A stretch of DNA of 64,000 bases from Balanoglossus misakiensis. Lineage: Eukaryota; Animalia; Hemichordata. Of this stretch, positions 48,601 through 61,200 are shown piece by piece. Numbering within the stretch: the stretch's first letter is position 1; every line of letters begins with the position of its first letter. The notes below the pieces were generated by a model that was not told the origin of the DNA, made no database searches, and worked only from the letters and a program-made list of their open reading frames with translations. Both the position numbers and the translations under genes were made by a program. The DNA lies in assembly GCA_040954595.2 (NCBI GenBank), contig CM082589.2, positions 10,056,894 to 10,120,893 of the forward strand, given 5' to 3'.

Positions 48601-51600
48601 AAGCAACAATGGAAATTTTAGAACTATCTGTCGATCTACGGAGTATAGTGGAAAACGTTCATATGCGCATAGGCCTATATATGTGTTCTGCGCATCACAA
48701 CAGAATTTTGTAAACAAACGAGGCTTTGTTTGGAAGCAACAATGGAAATTTTAGAACTATCTCTCGATCTACAGAGTATAGTGGAAAACGTTCTTATGCG
48801 CATAGGCCTATCATGTGTTATGCACATCACAACAGAATTTTGTAAACAATCGAGGATGTGTTTGGAAGCAATCATGGAAATTTTAGAACTATCCGTCGAT
48901 CTACAGAGTTTGGTGGAAAACTTTCTTATGCGCATAGGCCTATTACGTGTTCTGCGCCTAACAACAGAATTCGGTAAATAAACGAGGCTGTTTGGAAACA
49001 ACCATGGAAATTTTAGAACTATCCGTCGATCTACAGAGTCTAGTGGAAAAACGTTCATGTGCGCATAGGCCTATCATGTGTTATGCACATCACAACAAAA
49101 TTTTGTAAACAAACGAGGCTTTGTTTGGAAGCAACAATGGAAATTTTAGAACTATCTGTCGATCTACGGAGTATAGTGGAAAACGTTCATATGCGCATAG
49201 GCCTATATATGTGTTCTGCGCATCACAACAGAATTTTGTAAACAATCGAGGATGTGTTTGGAAGCAATCATGGAAATTTTAGAACTATCCGTCGATCTAC
49301 AGAGTCTATAGTGGAAAACTTTCTTATGCACATATGCCTATCTATGTGTTCTGCGCCTCAAAACAGAATTCCGTAAATAAACGAGGCTGTTTGGAAGCAA
49401 ACATGGAAATTCTAGAACTATCTCTCGATCTACAGAGTCTAGTGGAAAACGTTCATATATGCGCATAGGCCTATCATGTGTTATGCACATCACAACAGAA
49501 TTTTGTAAACAAACGAGGCTTTGTTTGGAAGCAACAATGGAAATTTTAGAACTATCTGTCGATCTACGGAGTATAGTGGAAAACGTTCATATGCGCATAG
49601 GCCTATATATGTGTTCTGCGCATCACAACAGAATTTTGTAAACAATCGAGGCTTTGTTTGGAAGCAACAATGGAAATTTTAGAACTATCTGTCGATCTAC
49701 GGAGTATAGTGGAAAACGTTCATATGCGCATAGGCCTATATATGTGTTCTGCGCATCACAACAGAATTTTGTAAACAAACGAGGCTTTGTTTGGAAGCAA
49801 CAATGGAAATTTTAGAACTATCTCTCGATCTACAGAGTATAGTGGAAAACGTTCTTATGCGCATAGGCCTATCATGTGTTATGCACATCACAACAGAATT
49901 TTGTAAACAATCGAGGATGTGTTTGGAAGCAATCATGGAAATTTTAGAACTATCCGTCGATCTACAGAGTCTAGTGGGAAACTTTCTTATGCGCATAGGC
50001 ATATGTATGTGTTCAGCGCATCACAACAGAATTTTGTAAATGAACGAGGCTGTGTTTGGAAACAACTATGGAAATTTTAGAACTATCTCTCGATCTACAG
50101 AGTCTAGTGTAAAACTTTATTATGCACATAGGCCTATCTATGTATTATGCGCATCACAACAGAAATCGCTAAATAAACGAGGCTGTATTTGGAAGCAACC
50201 ATGTAAATTTTACAACTATCCGTCGATCTACAGAGTCTGGTGGAAAACTTTCTTATGCGCATAGGCCTATTACGTGTTCTGCGCCTAACAACAGAATTCG
50301 GTAAATAAACGAGGCTGTTTGGAAGCAACCATGGAAATTTTTGAACTATCCGTCGATCTACAGAGTCTAGTGGAAAAATGTCTTATGCGCATAGGCCTAT
50401 CGTGTGTTCTGCGCCTCACAACATAATTCCGTAAATAAACGAGGCTGTTTGGAAGCAACCGTGGAAATTTTAGAACTATCTCTCGATCTACAGAGTATAG
50501 TGGAAAACGTTCATATGCGCATAGGCCTATCATGTGTTATGCACATCACAACATAATTTTGTAAACAAACGAGGCTTTGTTTGGAAGCAACAATGAAAAT
50601 TTTAGAACTATCTGTCGATCTACGGAGTATAGTGGAAAACGTTCATATGCGCATAGGCCTATATATGTGTTCTGCGCATCACAACAGAATTTTGTAAACA
50701 ATCGAGGATGTGTTTGGAAGCAATCATGGAAATTTTAGAACTATCCGTCGATCTACAGAGTCTATAGTGGAAAACTTTCTTATGCACATATGCCTATCTA
50801 TGTGTTCTGCGCCTCAAAACAGAATTCCGTAAATAAACGAGGCTGTTTGGAAGCAAACATGGAAATTCTAGAACTATCTCTCGATCTACAGAGTCTAGTG
50901 GAAAACGTTCATATATGCGCATAGGCCTATCATGTGTTATGCACATCACAACAGAATTTTGTAAACAAACGAGGCTTTGTTTGGAAGCAACAATGGAAAT
51001 TTTAGAACTATCTGTCGATCTACGGAGTATAGTGGAAAACGTTCATATGCGCATAGGCCTATATATGTGTTCTGCGCATCACAACAGAATTTTGTAAACA
51101 ATCGAGGCTTTGTTTGGAAGCAACAATGGAAATTTTAGAACTATCTGTCGATCTACGGAGTATAGTGGAAAACGTTCATATGCGCATAGGCCTATATATG
51201 TGTTCTGCGCATCACAACAGAATTTTGTAAACAAACGAGGCTTTGTTTGGAAGCAACAATGGACATTTTAGAACTATCTCTCGATCTACAGAGTATAGTG
51301 GAAAACGTTCTTATGCGCATAGGCCTATCATGTGTTATGCACATCACAACAGAATTTTGTAAACAATCGAGGATGTGTTTGGAAGCAATCATGGAAATTT
51401 TAGAACTATCCGTCGATCTACAGAGTCTAGTGGGAAACTTTCTTATGCGCATAGGCATATGTATGTGTTCAGCGCATCACAACAGAATTTTGTAAATGAA
51501 CGAGGCTGTGTTTGGAAACAACCATGGAAATTTTAGAACTATCTCTCGATCTACAGAGTCTAGTGTAAAACTTTATTATGCACATAGGCCTATCTATGTA

Positions 51601-52235
51601 TTATGCGCATCACAACAGAAATCGCTAAATAAACGAGGCTGTATTTGGAAGCAACCATGTAAATTTTACAACTATCCGTCGATCTACAGAGTCTGGTGGA
51701 AAACTTTCTTATGCGCATAGGCCTATTACGTGTTCTGCGCCTAACAACAGAATTCGGTAAATAAACGAGGCTGTTTGGAAGCAACCATGGAAATTTTTGA
51801 ACTATCCGTCGATCTACAGAGTCTAGTGGAAAAATGTCTTATGCGCATAGGCCTATCGTGTGTTCTGCGCCTCACAACATAATTCCGTAAATAAACGAGG
51901 CTGTTTGGAAGCAACCGTGGAAATTTTAGAACTATCTCTCGATCTACAGAGTATAGTGGAAAACGTTCATATGCGCATAGGCCTATCATGTGTTATGCAC
52001 ATCACAACATAATTTTGTAAACAAACGAGGCTTTGTTTGGAAGCAACCGTGGAAATTTTAGAACTATCTCTCGATCTACAGAGTATAGTGGAAAACGTTC
52101 ATATGCGCATAGGCCTATCATGTGTTATGCACATCACAACATAATTTTGTAAACAAACGAGGCTTTGTTTGGAAGCAACATTGGAAATTTTAGAACTATC
52201 TGTCGATCTACGGAGTATAGTGGAAAACGTTCATA
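30668..52235. repeat. 131-133-bp satellite array with higher-order repeats (left block, ~163 monomers)
   Basis: Monomer tttggaagcaaccatggaaattttagaactatccgtcgatctacagagtctagtggaaaacgttcttatgcgcataggcctatctatgtgttctgcgcatcacaacagaattttgtaaacaaacgaggatgtg. Confidence 0.99.
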
Positions 52236-53603
52236 CACTGCAAATTCTGCAAAAACAAGCCGGTTTGTACTCAAGCCATTCGGGTTTGCTGACAAGCCAT
52301 CTCGTCATACTTGCCGAAACTTCGGTATTTCCACAAGCCGCTAAATTGTCTGGTGTGTGCCAGCAAGCCAGTCAATGTTAGAAAAATGGTTTGTAAATAC
52401 GCCGCTGGACAACCTGTCTGGAATGGCTTATTATTAAGCCATTGAACAAAATCTCTGGTTTGCTCGCAAACTTTAGTGATACTTATGTCTGGCTCGAATT
52501 TGTACCATATTTAACCTTGGCTGCATTTTAAGCCGTTGGAGTTAGTGGTCGCTTTTCAAACCATAAAAAGATGTAAGTATGGTTTGAAAACACGCCATGG
52601 AAAACTTTGCCGGGATGTGGTTCATATACACGCCACGCTGGGCACAATGTCTTGCGAAATACCCTGATTTGGCGCGCGAATGCAGGGTCAAAGGTTATTT
52701 ATTACACAACTACAACGTTTTGACGCGAGAGAAGACGGTCCACGCGTGAGGAAGCCGATCGAACCACGTCGTTCCCTTTATAAAATTCGTTCAGCGATTT
52801 ACAATGCACTCAACCTGTTCCTAAGGTAGAACCGAAATACCATATGCGTGGATAATTACTTTGGCACCGAGCATCGTTATGGAAGGATGACATCTAATGA
52901 CTTAGCAGTTGACCGCCAGCATCTACGAGACCGTAACATAGAACAATGCCGGTTGGGGTAAGTCCTGCTTCCATTCCATTTTGTGACAGTAACTACATTT
53001 TTGCGAGCAGTGAAGATAATACAAAATTAACAGGCCCGAATCCTGTATATACTGACTTGATCATGTGTTGATGATAGCTGAAAAGCATGTGAGAAGAAGT
53101 AATGTCAAAAGTTTGACAGCATAAAGTAGGGAGTGGGGCCCCAAAGGAATTTCATTATTCTTGCTATTTTCAGCCTCCATCCCCGTTCATTTTTGTTTAT
53201 GCATTTTTGTGAGCGAAGACGATGCAAAGTATGTCACTATTAAAAGGCCTGAATCCTTTATATACTGCATTGATCATGTGTGGATGGTTACAAAAAAGTC
53301 TGAGCAAATCAAAAGAATTTTTTTAATGCAGCTCCGGAGTGGGGCCCTATAGCGCCATAGCCTAGGAATTTCACCATGCTTGCTATTGGCAGCCTACATC
53401 CCCATTCATGTTTGTTTATGCACTTTTACTAGTCAAGATAATTCAAAATATGTAATAATATCTATACTGTATTGATCATTTGTAGATCGAGAGATATTTC
53501 AAATATATGAAGCTTCGAGTGGGGCTAGTGGCAGCGGAAGTCAACATGGGGGGGGGGGGGGGTAACCGCAATAAAATGTTGTTTTGTGTTCCAATACTAT
53601 ATC

Positions 53604-54020
53604 AATGGATACCCATAATATTTAAATCATTGGCTGAATAATTTTTTTTTGATAAACCGTGATCTCGGACCACAGGATTATTTAACCCCTGCATGCCTGC
53701 GATTTGTAACAATAATGATTCCTACTTTAATTGAACCCCAGATATTTGCATAAGAATGAAATAATGGATACCCATAATATTTAAATCATTGGCTGATTAA
53801 TTTTTTTTTGATAAACCATGATCTCGGACCACAGGATTATTTAACCCCTGCATGCCTGCGATTTGTAACAATAATGATTTAAATCATTGGCTGAATATTT
53901 TTTTTTGATAAACCATGATCTCGGACCACAGGATTATTTAACCCCTGCATGCCTGCGATTTGTAACAATAATGATTCCTACTTTAATTGAACCCCAGATA
54001 TTTGCATAAGAATGAAATAA
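53604..54020. repeat. ~159-bp tandem repeat, ~2.7 copies
   Basis: gatctcggaccacaggattatttaacccctgcatgcctgcg occurs three times. Confidence 0.9.
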
Positions 54021-54500
54021 ATGATCTTGGTTTTGCAGGAGTGGTGATACTGGTTATGGGAAGGAGCAGTTTTTATTTTATTAGGCACCACAAAAATATG
54101 AAAAAGTCAACAAGTAGCATTTATGTCGAAGCATACACGGTATGTATAATTAAGTAGATTTTGTTATTTTTTTAATATCCATTTTTGTCATCTAGTCATC
54201 TGTTTTCTTTACAGTTTAGTTTGTAGGGACTTCATTATAAAATACCAACCATGTGGTTATAATTTCAGTATTGCATTTGGGAAGAGATTTTACTATTTAT
54301 GCCTAAAAACGAGTTTTAAAGGAACATGCCTATCTGTATTTATTAATATAGTCCAGCTATCATGTATGTAACATGTATTCAGTTATAGTCAAAGGAAACA
54401 ATTCACTAAACTCTAGGTGCGAAATTTCATGCATTGCTCATTGAATCAATTTCATCTTGTTTGTTACATGCTGTGTATCTCATGGTTATGTTAGTGTTTC

Positions 54501-55245
54501 ATGGTTGCTGCCTATAACATTAGGATGGCACCATATCGTAGTGTTGTATCGGTCAGTCTCATGTTCTCATATGGTTGCTGCCTATAACAGTAGGATGGCA
54601 CCACATCGTAGTGTTGTATCGGTCAGTCTCATGTTCTCATATGGTTGCTGCCTATAACATTAGGATGGCACCATATCGTAGTGTTGTATCGGTCAGTCTC
54701 ATGTTCTCATATGGTTGCTGCCTATAACATTAGGATGGCACCATATCGTAGTGTTGTATCGGTCAGTCTCATGTTCTCATATGGTTGCTGCCTATAACAT
54801 TAGGATGGCACCATATCGTAGTGTTGTATCGGTCAGTCTCATGTTCTCATATGGTTGCTGCCTATAACATTAGGATGGCACCATATCGTAGTGTTGTATC
54901 GGTCAGTCTCATGTTCTCATATGGTTGCTGCCTATAACATTAGGATGGCACCATATCGTAGTGTTGTATCGGTCAGTCTCATGTTCTCATATGGTTGCTG
55001 CCTATAACAGTAGGATGGCACCATATCGTAGTGTTGTATCGGTCAGTCTCATGTTCTCATATGGTTGCTGCCTATAACATTAGGATGGCACCATATCGTA
55101 GTGTTGTATCGGTCAGTCTCATGTTCTCATATGGTTGCTGCCTATAACATTAGGATGGCACCATATCGTAGTGTTGTATCGGTCAGTCTCATGTTCTCAT
55201 ATGGTTGCTGCCTATAACATTAGGATGGCACCATATCGTAGTGTT
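54501..55245. repeat. 70-bp minisatellite, ~10.6 near-identical copies
   Basis: Unit atggttgctgcctataacattaggatggcaccatatcgtagtgttgtatcggtcagtctcatgttctcat. Confidence 0.98.
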
Positions 55246-58211
55246 TTGTGGTATGTGTGTCAGTCTCATAGTCATTCCCCATTGATAAATAGAGAGACAC
55301 TATCTTCTTTTGTTGAGTATGTCTCATACGAGTCATTGTCATATTTTCTTGTGTACATATGTGTTATGTGTTGTTTTCATGCTGGAAATTGTTTCTAAAA
55401 TACACTCATGTTAATTTCTAACAAGATTGTTTTCTCTTTTTGTTTTTCACTATTTGAGAGTGTTTCCCATTGAAAGAAGACGAAGTTTCATAGTAAGGAA
55501 GAAGATACTCAAGGCTACTGCCATGACTCCAATACTCAAATGCATATAAAGGAGGATTTAAAAGTACTTTTCCACACTTAATGGTGACTTTGAAATCTGT
55601 ATTCATGTCAGTTTTGACAAACAGTAGATTCAAAAAGTGAGGCATTTTTGATGGATTGAAATGATTTTCCCTAACCACTTGAACGGAAAATGAGATAAAA
55701 GTTTTATTGTATATATTTTCTATCATTTATGGGGTTAATTCATTTGATTTACATAATACCATGTATTTACCGTTGTTCCTTTTTTCTTACATTGTCATTA
55801 CAATAATAATGATTGACCAAAAAAGATCTTTCTCGGTGTGCTTTTTTGACAGGTTAACATACCATTGACTGTGGAGTACTAAGATGCTGCATGTCACAAT
55901 GTTCGCGCTATAAACAGTCAACCAAAGTTAACACGAGCAATTGTGATGTGAGTTCTTTTACCTAACCAAAATGAAGCCAAAACTTTACTCAAATAACTAT
56001 TTGATGATAGCTTAATGTTGGCAATACTTCAGGTCAGAATCAAATGTGATAGAAACACGTGTTTGTAAATCGGGTACGTTTCACCGGCCAAGGATAACAA
56101 GGTAGTAGGTCAAAGGTTTTACAGTGAGCACAACACAATATTCAAGTGAAAGTATATTTATTCACCTGATAGCTTAACCATAATAAATAATATACATATA
56201 TACACCCAAATCCACCACCAGCACTTGTTGACTCCGACAGCACTGTGCAGCCTATCAATCATATAATTGGTAAAACACACAGAGCATATGGTATAGCCTA
56301 GTGCTGGTTGTGTGAATTTGGGAAAACAAGAGTAATAAATGCAATAACCTTTGCAATGCAAACTTGACAATGATGAAATATACTCTACACGAGCTAGTCA
56401 CCAAGCACACATTTAACTGGCGCTAGTCACAGGAAAATAATTCAATAACTGCAGTGAAGTTTATAATATTAACAATAAAAGATTAAATAAACTGTGATGG
56501 CATTTAGCTCAGTCCTATTCTAAGGCGTGTGTGTACGAACGTTACCGGTAAACTGCAATGGCTCGCGCGCGTCTTCTCCGTCGTAGAAAGTCAGTTCTGG
56601 TAGAGATATAGACACAACGTTGCTTTCACAGAACTTCAGGCGACATAACACGATGGCACGGCGATGTCCAGCAATTTCTGTTAGTCCAGCACTGTTCGCT
56701 TGAAGTAGAGCATGTCCTTGTATATTGAACCAATTTCAACAGCACATGGTAGTCTGCCACATCATCACTTCATTGTTGCACTATAGCCAGATGTTGTGAG
56801 TACCTCAGATCTTGATTTGTACTGCCCGTATTTCAAGCTGAGTGTCCCTTTTATACTCATCATTAGCATCTCAATGGAGCTAATATGGGGTGATGATTGA
56901 CAAGTTGAAGTTCTGCCCTCTAGATAGCTTCTTTTGTTTTTCTTAATAAGCTGTACATAGGTTAATTGCAATCATAATGTTACACAGTTGTTTACAACGC
57001 GTCTTGAAATCGTTGATCGTAATGACAGTCCGTAATCAACGTTGAACCATATGCCGACGAATTTGCGTGTATGTATGTGTGTAAAAATAAACTTTCTAAA
57101 CTATGCCATCTTAATAAACCTATCTAATGCCATCATATAAATAATTTAAAATAACAAAAGATAGTGTGACACTGCACATTATGACACATGTTATGCTTCA
57201 AGACCAAGTTATTTAAGGGCATAGTAACTAACTTTGGGCTATTTTTTATGTATTTTTGTTCAGTGTATCGACTCCTTATTTCTGTTGTACTCCTTAAAGC
57301 ATGATTAACTGCCCAGGTTCAGGATCTCAACTTTGGCCTTTGCAAATGAGTTCAGGTCTGGACTAAAATTATGTTTTTTGACAATTGCTGATTGTACAAT
57401 TATGGCAGTGTATAGAATCTAGTAAATGGCATTGCATCATGCTTTGGTGAGTTGAACAAGAAACTGCAGTCACTTGAAAGAGCAAAAATGCTAAAAATGG
57501 CCCAAATTTATAACTATAGCTTTTAGGTAAACAGAAGCCAAACATGCAATTCAAATTTTTGGCTTGCTTACAAACTGCATTCTGTGTAAGAATGGTTTGT
57601 ATACATGCCAAAGCCCAAGCAGAGTGGCTGATTTTTAAACCACTGCTCAAGCATTCTCAGTTTGTCAGCAAACCAGGAAATGCTAATTTTTGGTTTGCTG
57701 GCAAACTGAAGTGATTCATGTTTGGTTTGCTAGCACACCAGTTTTAAGTAGAAGTTGGCTTTCAGACAAGCCAATGTAAATTTTAAGGGTTTACGTACAA
57801 CCCCCTTGTATTATTCGACGGTTTGTTGGCAAGCCATTGTTTTAGAAAGTGGCTTACATGCAAACCATCATAATATATTCATTGGTTTATATACAAACCC
57901 CTTAGATTTGTGATGGTTTGTTGACAAACCACTGGATAATGAATCGGTGTGTCTTCAAGCTCATTTGCTGAATAGAATGGCATGCCAGCAAACCATATTT
58001 CGGTACTATGGTTGGCCAACACACCATTCATTAAACTTGCTGTGGTCTATCAGCAAGCCGGTAAGTTATATAAAACGGCAACTCAGCAAGCTAAATTCAA
58101 GCCAAAATCAAGCCAGATTTGAAGAAACGAAAGAAGCCGATTTGCGACAAACAAGCCGGTTTGAATTTGGCTTGAATTTAGCTTGCAGGAAAGCCAGAAG
58201 AATTTGCAGTG

Positions 58212-61200
58212 TATGCGCATAGGCCTATATATGTGTTCTGCGCATCACAACAGAATTTTGTAAATGAACGAGGCTGTGTTTGGAAACAACCATGGAAATT
58301 TTAGAACTATCTCTCGATCTACAGAGTATAGTGGAAAACGTTCATATGCGCATAGGCCTATCATGTGTTATGCACATCACAACATAATTTTGTAAACAAA
58401 CGAGGCTTTGTTTGGAAGCAACATTGGAAATTTTAGAACTATCTGTCGATCTACGGAGTATAGTGGAAAACGTTCATATGCGCATAGGCCTATATATGTG
58501 TTCTGCGCATCACAACAGAATTTTGTAAACAATCGAGGATGTGTTTGGAAGCAATCATGGAAATTTTAGAACTATCCGTCGATCTACAGAATCTAGTGGG
58601 AAACTTTCTTATGCGCATAGGCATATGTATGTGTTCAGCGCATCACAACAGAATTTTGTAAATGAACGAGGCTGTGTTTGGAAACAACCATGGAAATTTT
58701 AGAACAATCTCTCGATATAAAGTTGAAAAGTTTCTTATGCGCATAGGCCTATTACGTGTTCTGCGCCTCACAACAGAATTCGGTAAATAAACGAGGCTGT
58801 TTGGAAGCAACAATGGAAATTTTAGAACTATCTGTCGATCTACGGAGTATAGTGGAAAACGTTCATATGCGCATAGGCCTATATATGTGTTCTGCGCATC
58901 ACAACAGAATTTTGTAAACAATCGAGGCTTTGTTTGGAAGCAACAATGGAAACTTTAGAACTATCCGTCGATCTACAGAGTCTATAGTGGAAAACTTTCT
59001 TATGCACATATGCCTATCTATGTGTTCTGCGCCTCAAAACAGAATTCCGTAAATAAACGAGGCTGTTTGGAAGCAAACATGGAAATTCTAGAACTATCTC
59101 TCGATCTACAGAGTATAGTGGAAAACGTTCATATGCGCATAGGCCTATCATGTGTTATGCACATCACAACAGAATTTTGTAAACAAACGAGGCTTTGTTT
59201 GGAAGCAACAATGGAAATTTTAGAGCTATCTGTCGATCTACGGAGTATAGTGGAAAACGTTCATATGCGCATAGGCCTATATATGTGTTCTGCGCATCAC
59301 AACAGAATTTTGTAAACAAACGAGGATGTGTTTGGAAGCAACAATGGAAATTTTAGAACTATCCGTCGATCTACGGAGTATAGTGGAAAACGTTCATATG
59401 CGCATAGGCCTATATATGTGTTCTGCGCATCACAACAGAATTTTGTAAACAAACGAGGCTTTGTTTGGAAGCAACAATGGAAATTTTAGAACTATCTCTC
59501 GATCTACTGAGTATAGTGGAAAACGTTCATATGCGCATAGGCCTATCATGTGCTATGCACATCACAACATAATTTTGTAAACAAACGAGGCTTTGTTTGG
59601 AAGCAACCGTGGAAATTTTAGAACTATCTCTCGATCTACAGAGTATAGTGGAAAACGTTCATATGCGCATAGGCCTATCATGTGTTATGCACATCACAAC
59701 ATAATTTTGTAAACAAACGAGGCTTTGTTTGGAAGCAACCGTGGAAATTTTAGAACTATCTCTCGATCTACAGAGTATAGTGGAAAACGTTCATATGCGC
59801 ATATGCTATCATGTGTTATGCACATCACAACATAATTTTGTAAACAAACGAGGCTTTGTTTGGAAGCAACATTGGAAATTTTAGAACTATCTGTCGATCT
59901 ACGGAGTATAGTGGAAAACGTTCATATGCGCATAGGCCTATATATGTGTTCTGCGCATCACAACAGAATTTTGTAAATGAACGAGGCTGTGTTTGGAAAC
60001 AACCATGGAAATTTTAGAACTATCTCTCGATCTACAGTGTATAGTGGAAAACGTTCATATGCGCATAGGCCTATCATGTGTTATGCACATCACAACATAA
60101 TTTTGTAAACAAACGAGGCTTTGTTTGGAAGCAACCGTGGAAATTTTAGAACTATCTCTCGATCTAAAGAGTATAGTGGAAAACGTTCATATGCGCATAG
60201 GCCTATATATGTGTTCTGCGCATCACAACATAATTTTGTAAACAATCGAGGATGTGTTTGGAAGCAATCATGGAAATTTTAGAACTATCCGTCGATCTAC
60301 AGAGTCTAGTGGGAAACTTTCTTATGCGCATAGGCATATGTATGTGTTCAGCGCATCACAACAGAATTTTGTAAATGAACGAGGCTGTGTTTGGAAACAA
60401 CCATGGAAATTTTAGAACTATCTCTCGATCTACAGAGTCTAGTGGAAAACTTTATTATGCACATTTGCCTATCTATGTATTATGCGCATCACAACAGAAA
60501 TCGCTAAATAAACGAGGCTGTATTTGGAAGCAACCATGTAAATTTTACAACTATCCGTCGATCTACAGAGTTTGGTGGAAAACTTTCTTATGCGCATAGG
60601 CCTATTACGTGTTCTGCGCCTAACAACAGAATTCGGTAAATAAACGAGGCTGTTTGGAAGCAACCATGGAAATTTTAGAACTATCTCTCGATCTACAGTG
60701 TATAGTGGAAAACGTTCATATGCGCATAGGCCTATCATGTGTTATGCACATCACAACATAATTTTGTAAACAAACGAGGCTTTGTTTGGAAGCAACATTG
60801 GAAATTTTAGAACTATCTGTCGATCTACGGAGTATAGTGGAAAACGTTCATATGCGCATAGGCCTATATATGTGTTCTGCGCATCACAACAGAATTTTGT
60901 AAACAATCGAGGATGTGTTTGGAAGCAATCATGGAAATTTTAGAACTATCCGTCGATCTACAGAGTCTAGTGGGAAACTTTCTTATGCGCATAGGCATAT
61001 GTATGTGTTCAGCGCATCACAAAAGAATTTTGTAAATGAACGAGGCTGTGTTTGGAAACAACCATGGAAATTTTAGAACTATCTCTCGATCTACAGAGTC
61101 TAGTGGAAAACTTTATTATGCACATAGGCCTATCTATGTATTATGCGCATCACAACAGAAATCGGTAAATAAACGAGGCTGTATTTGGAAGCAACCATGT

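Larger units (their letters stand above)
52236..58211. mobile_element. Non-autonomous CACTG-type EnSpm/CMC DNA transposon, 5,976 bp, inserted in the satellite
   Basis: Perfect 13-bp TIRs CACTGCAAATTCT/AGAATTTGCAGTG; TA duplicated (52234-52235, 58212-58213) within satellite ttca-TA-tgcgc; many subterminal CAAGCC/CAAACC motifs at both ends; no transposase ORF. Confidence 0.9.

Noticed and set aside
54501-55245. CRISPR-like array
   Set aside because: Units are contiguous and identical with no unique spacers; no cas genes; eukaryotic context. The same applies to the other arrays.
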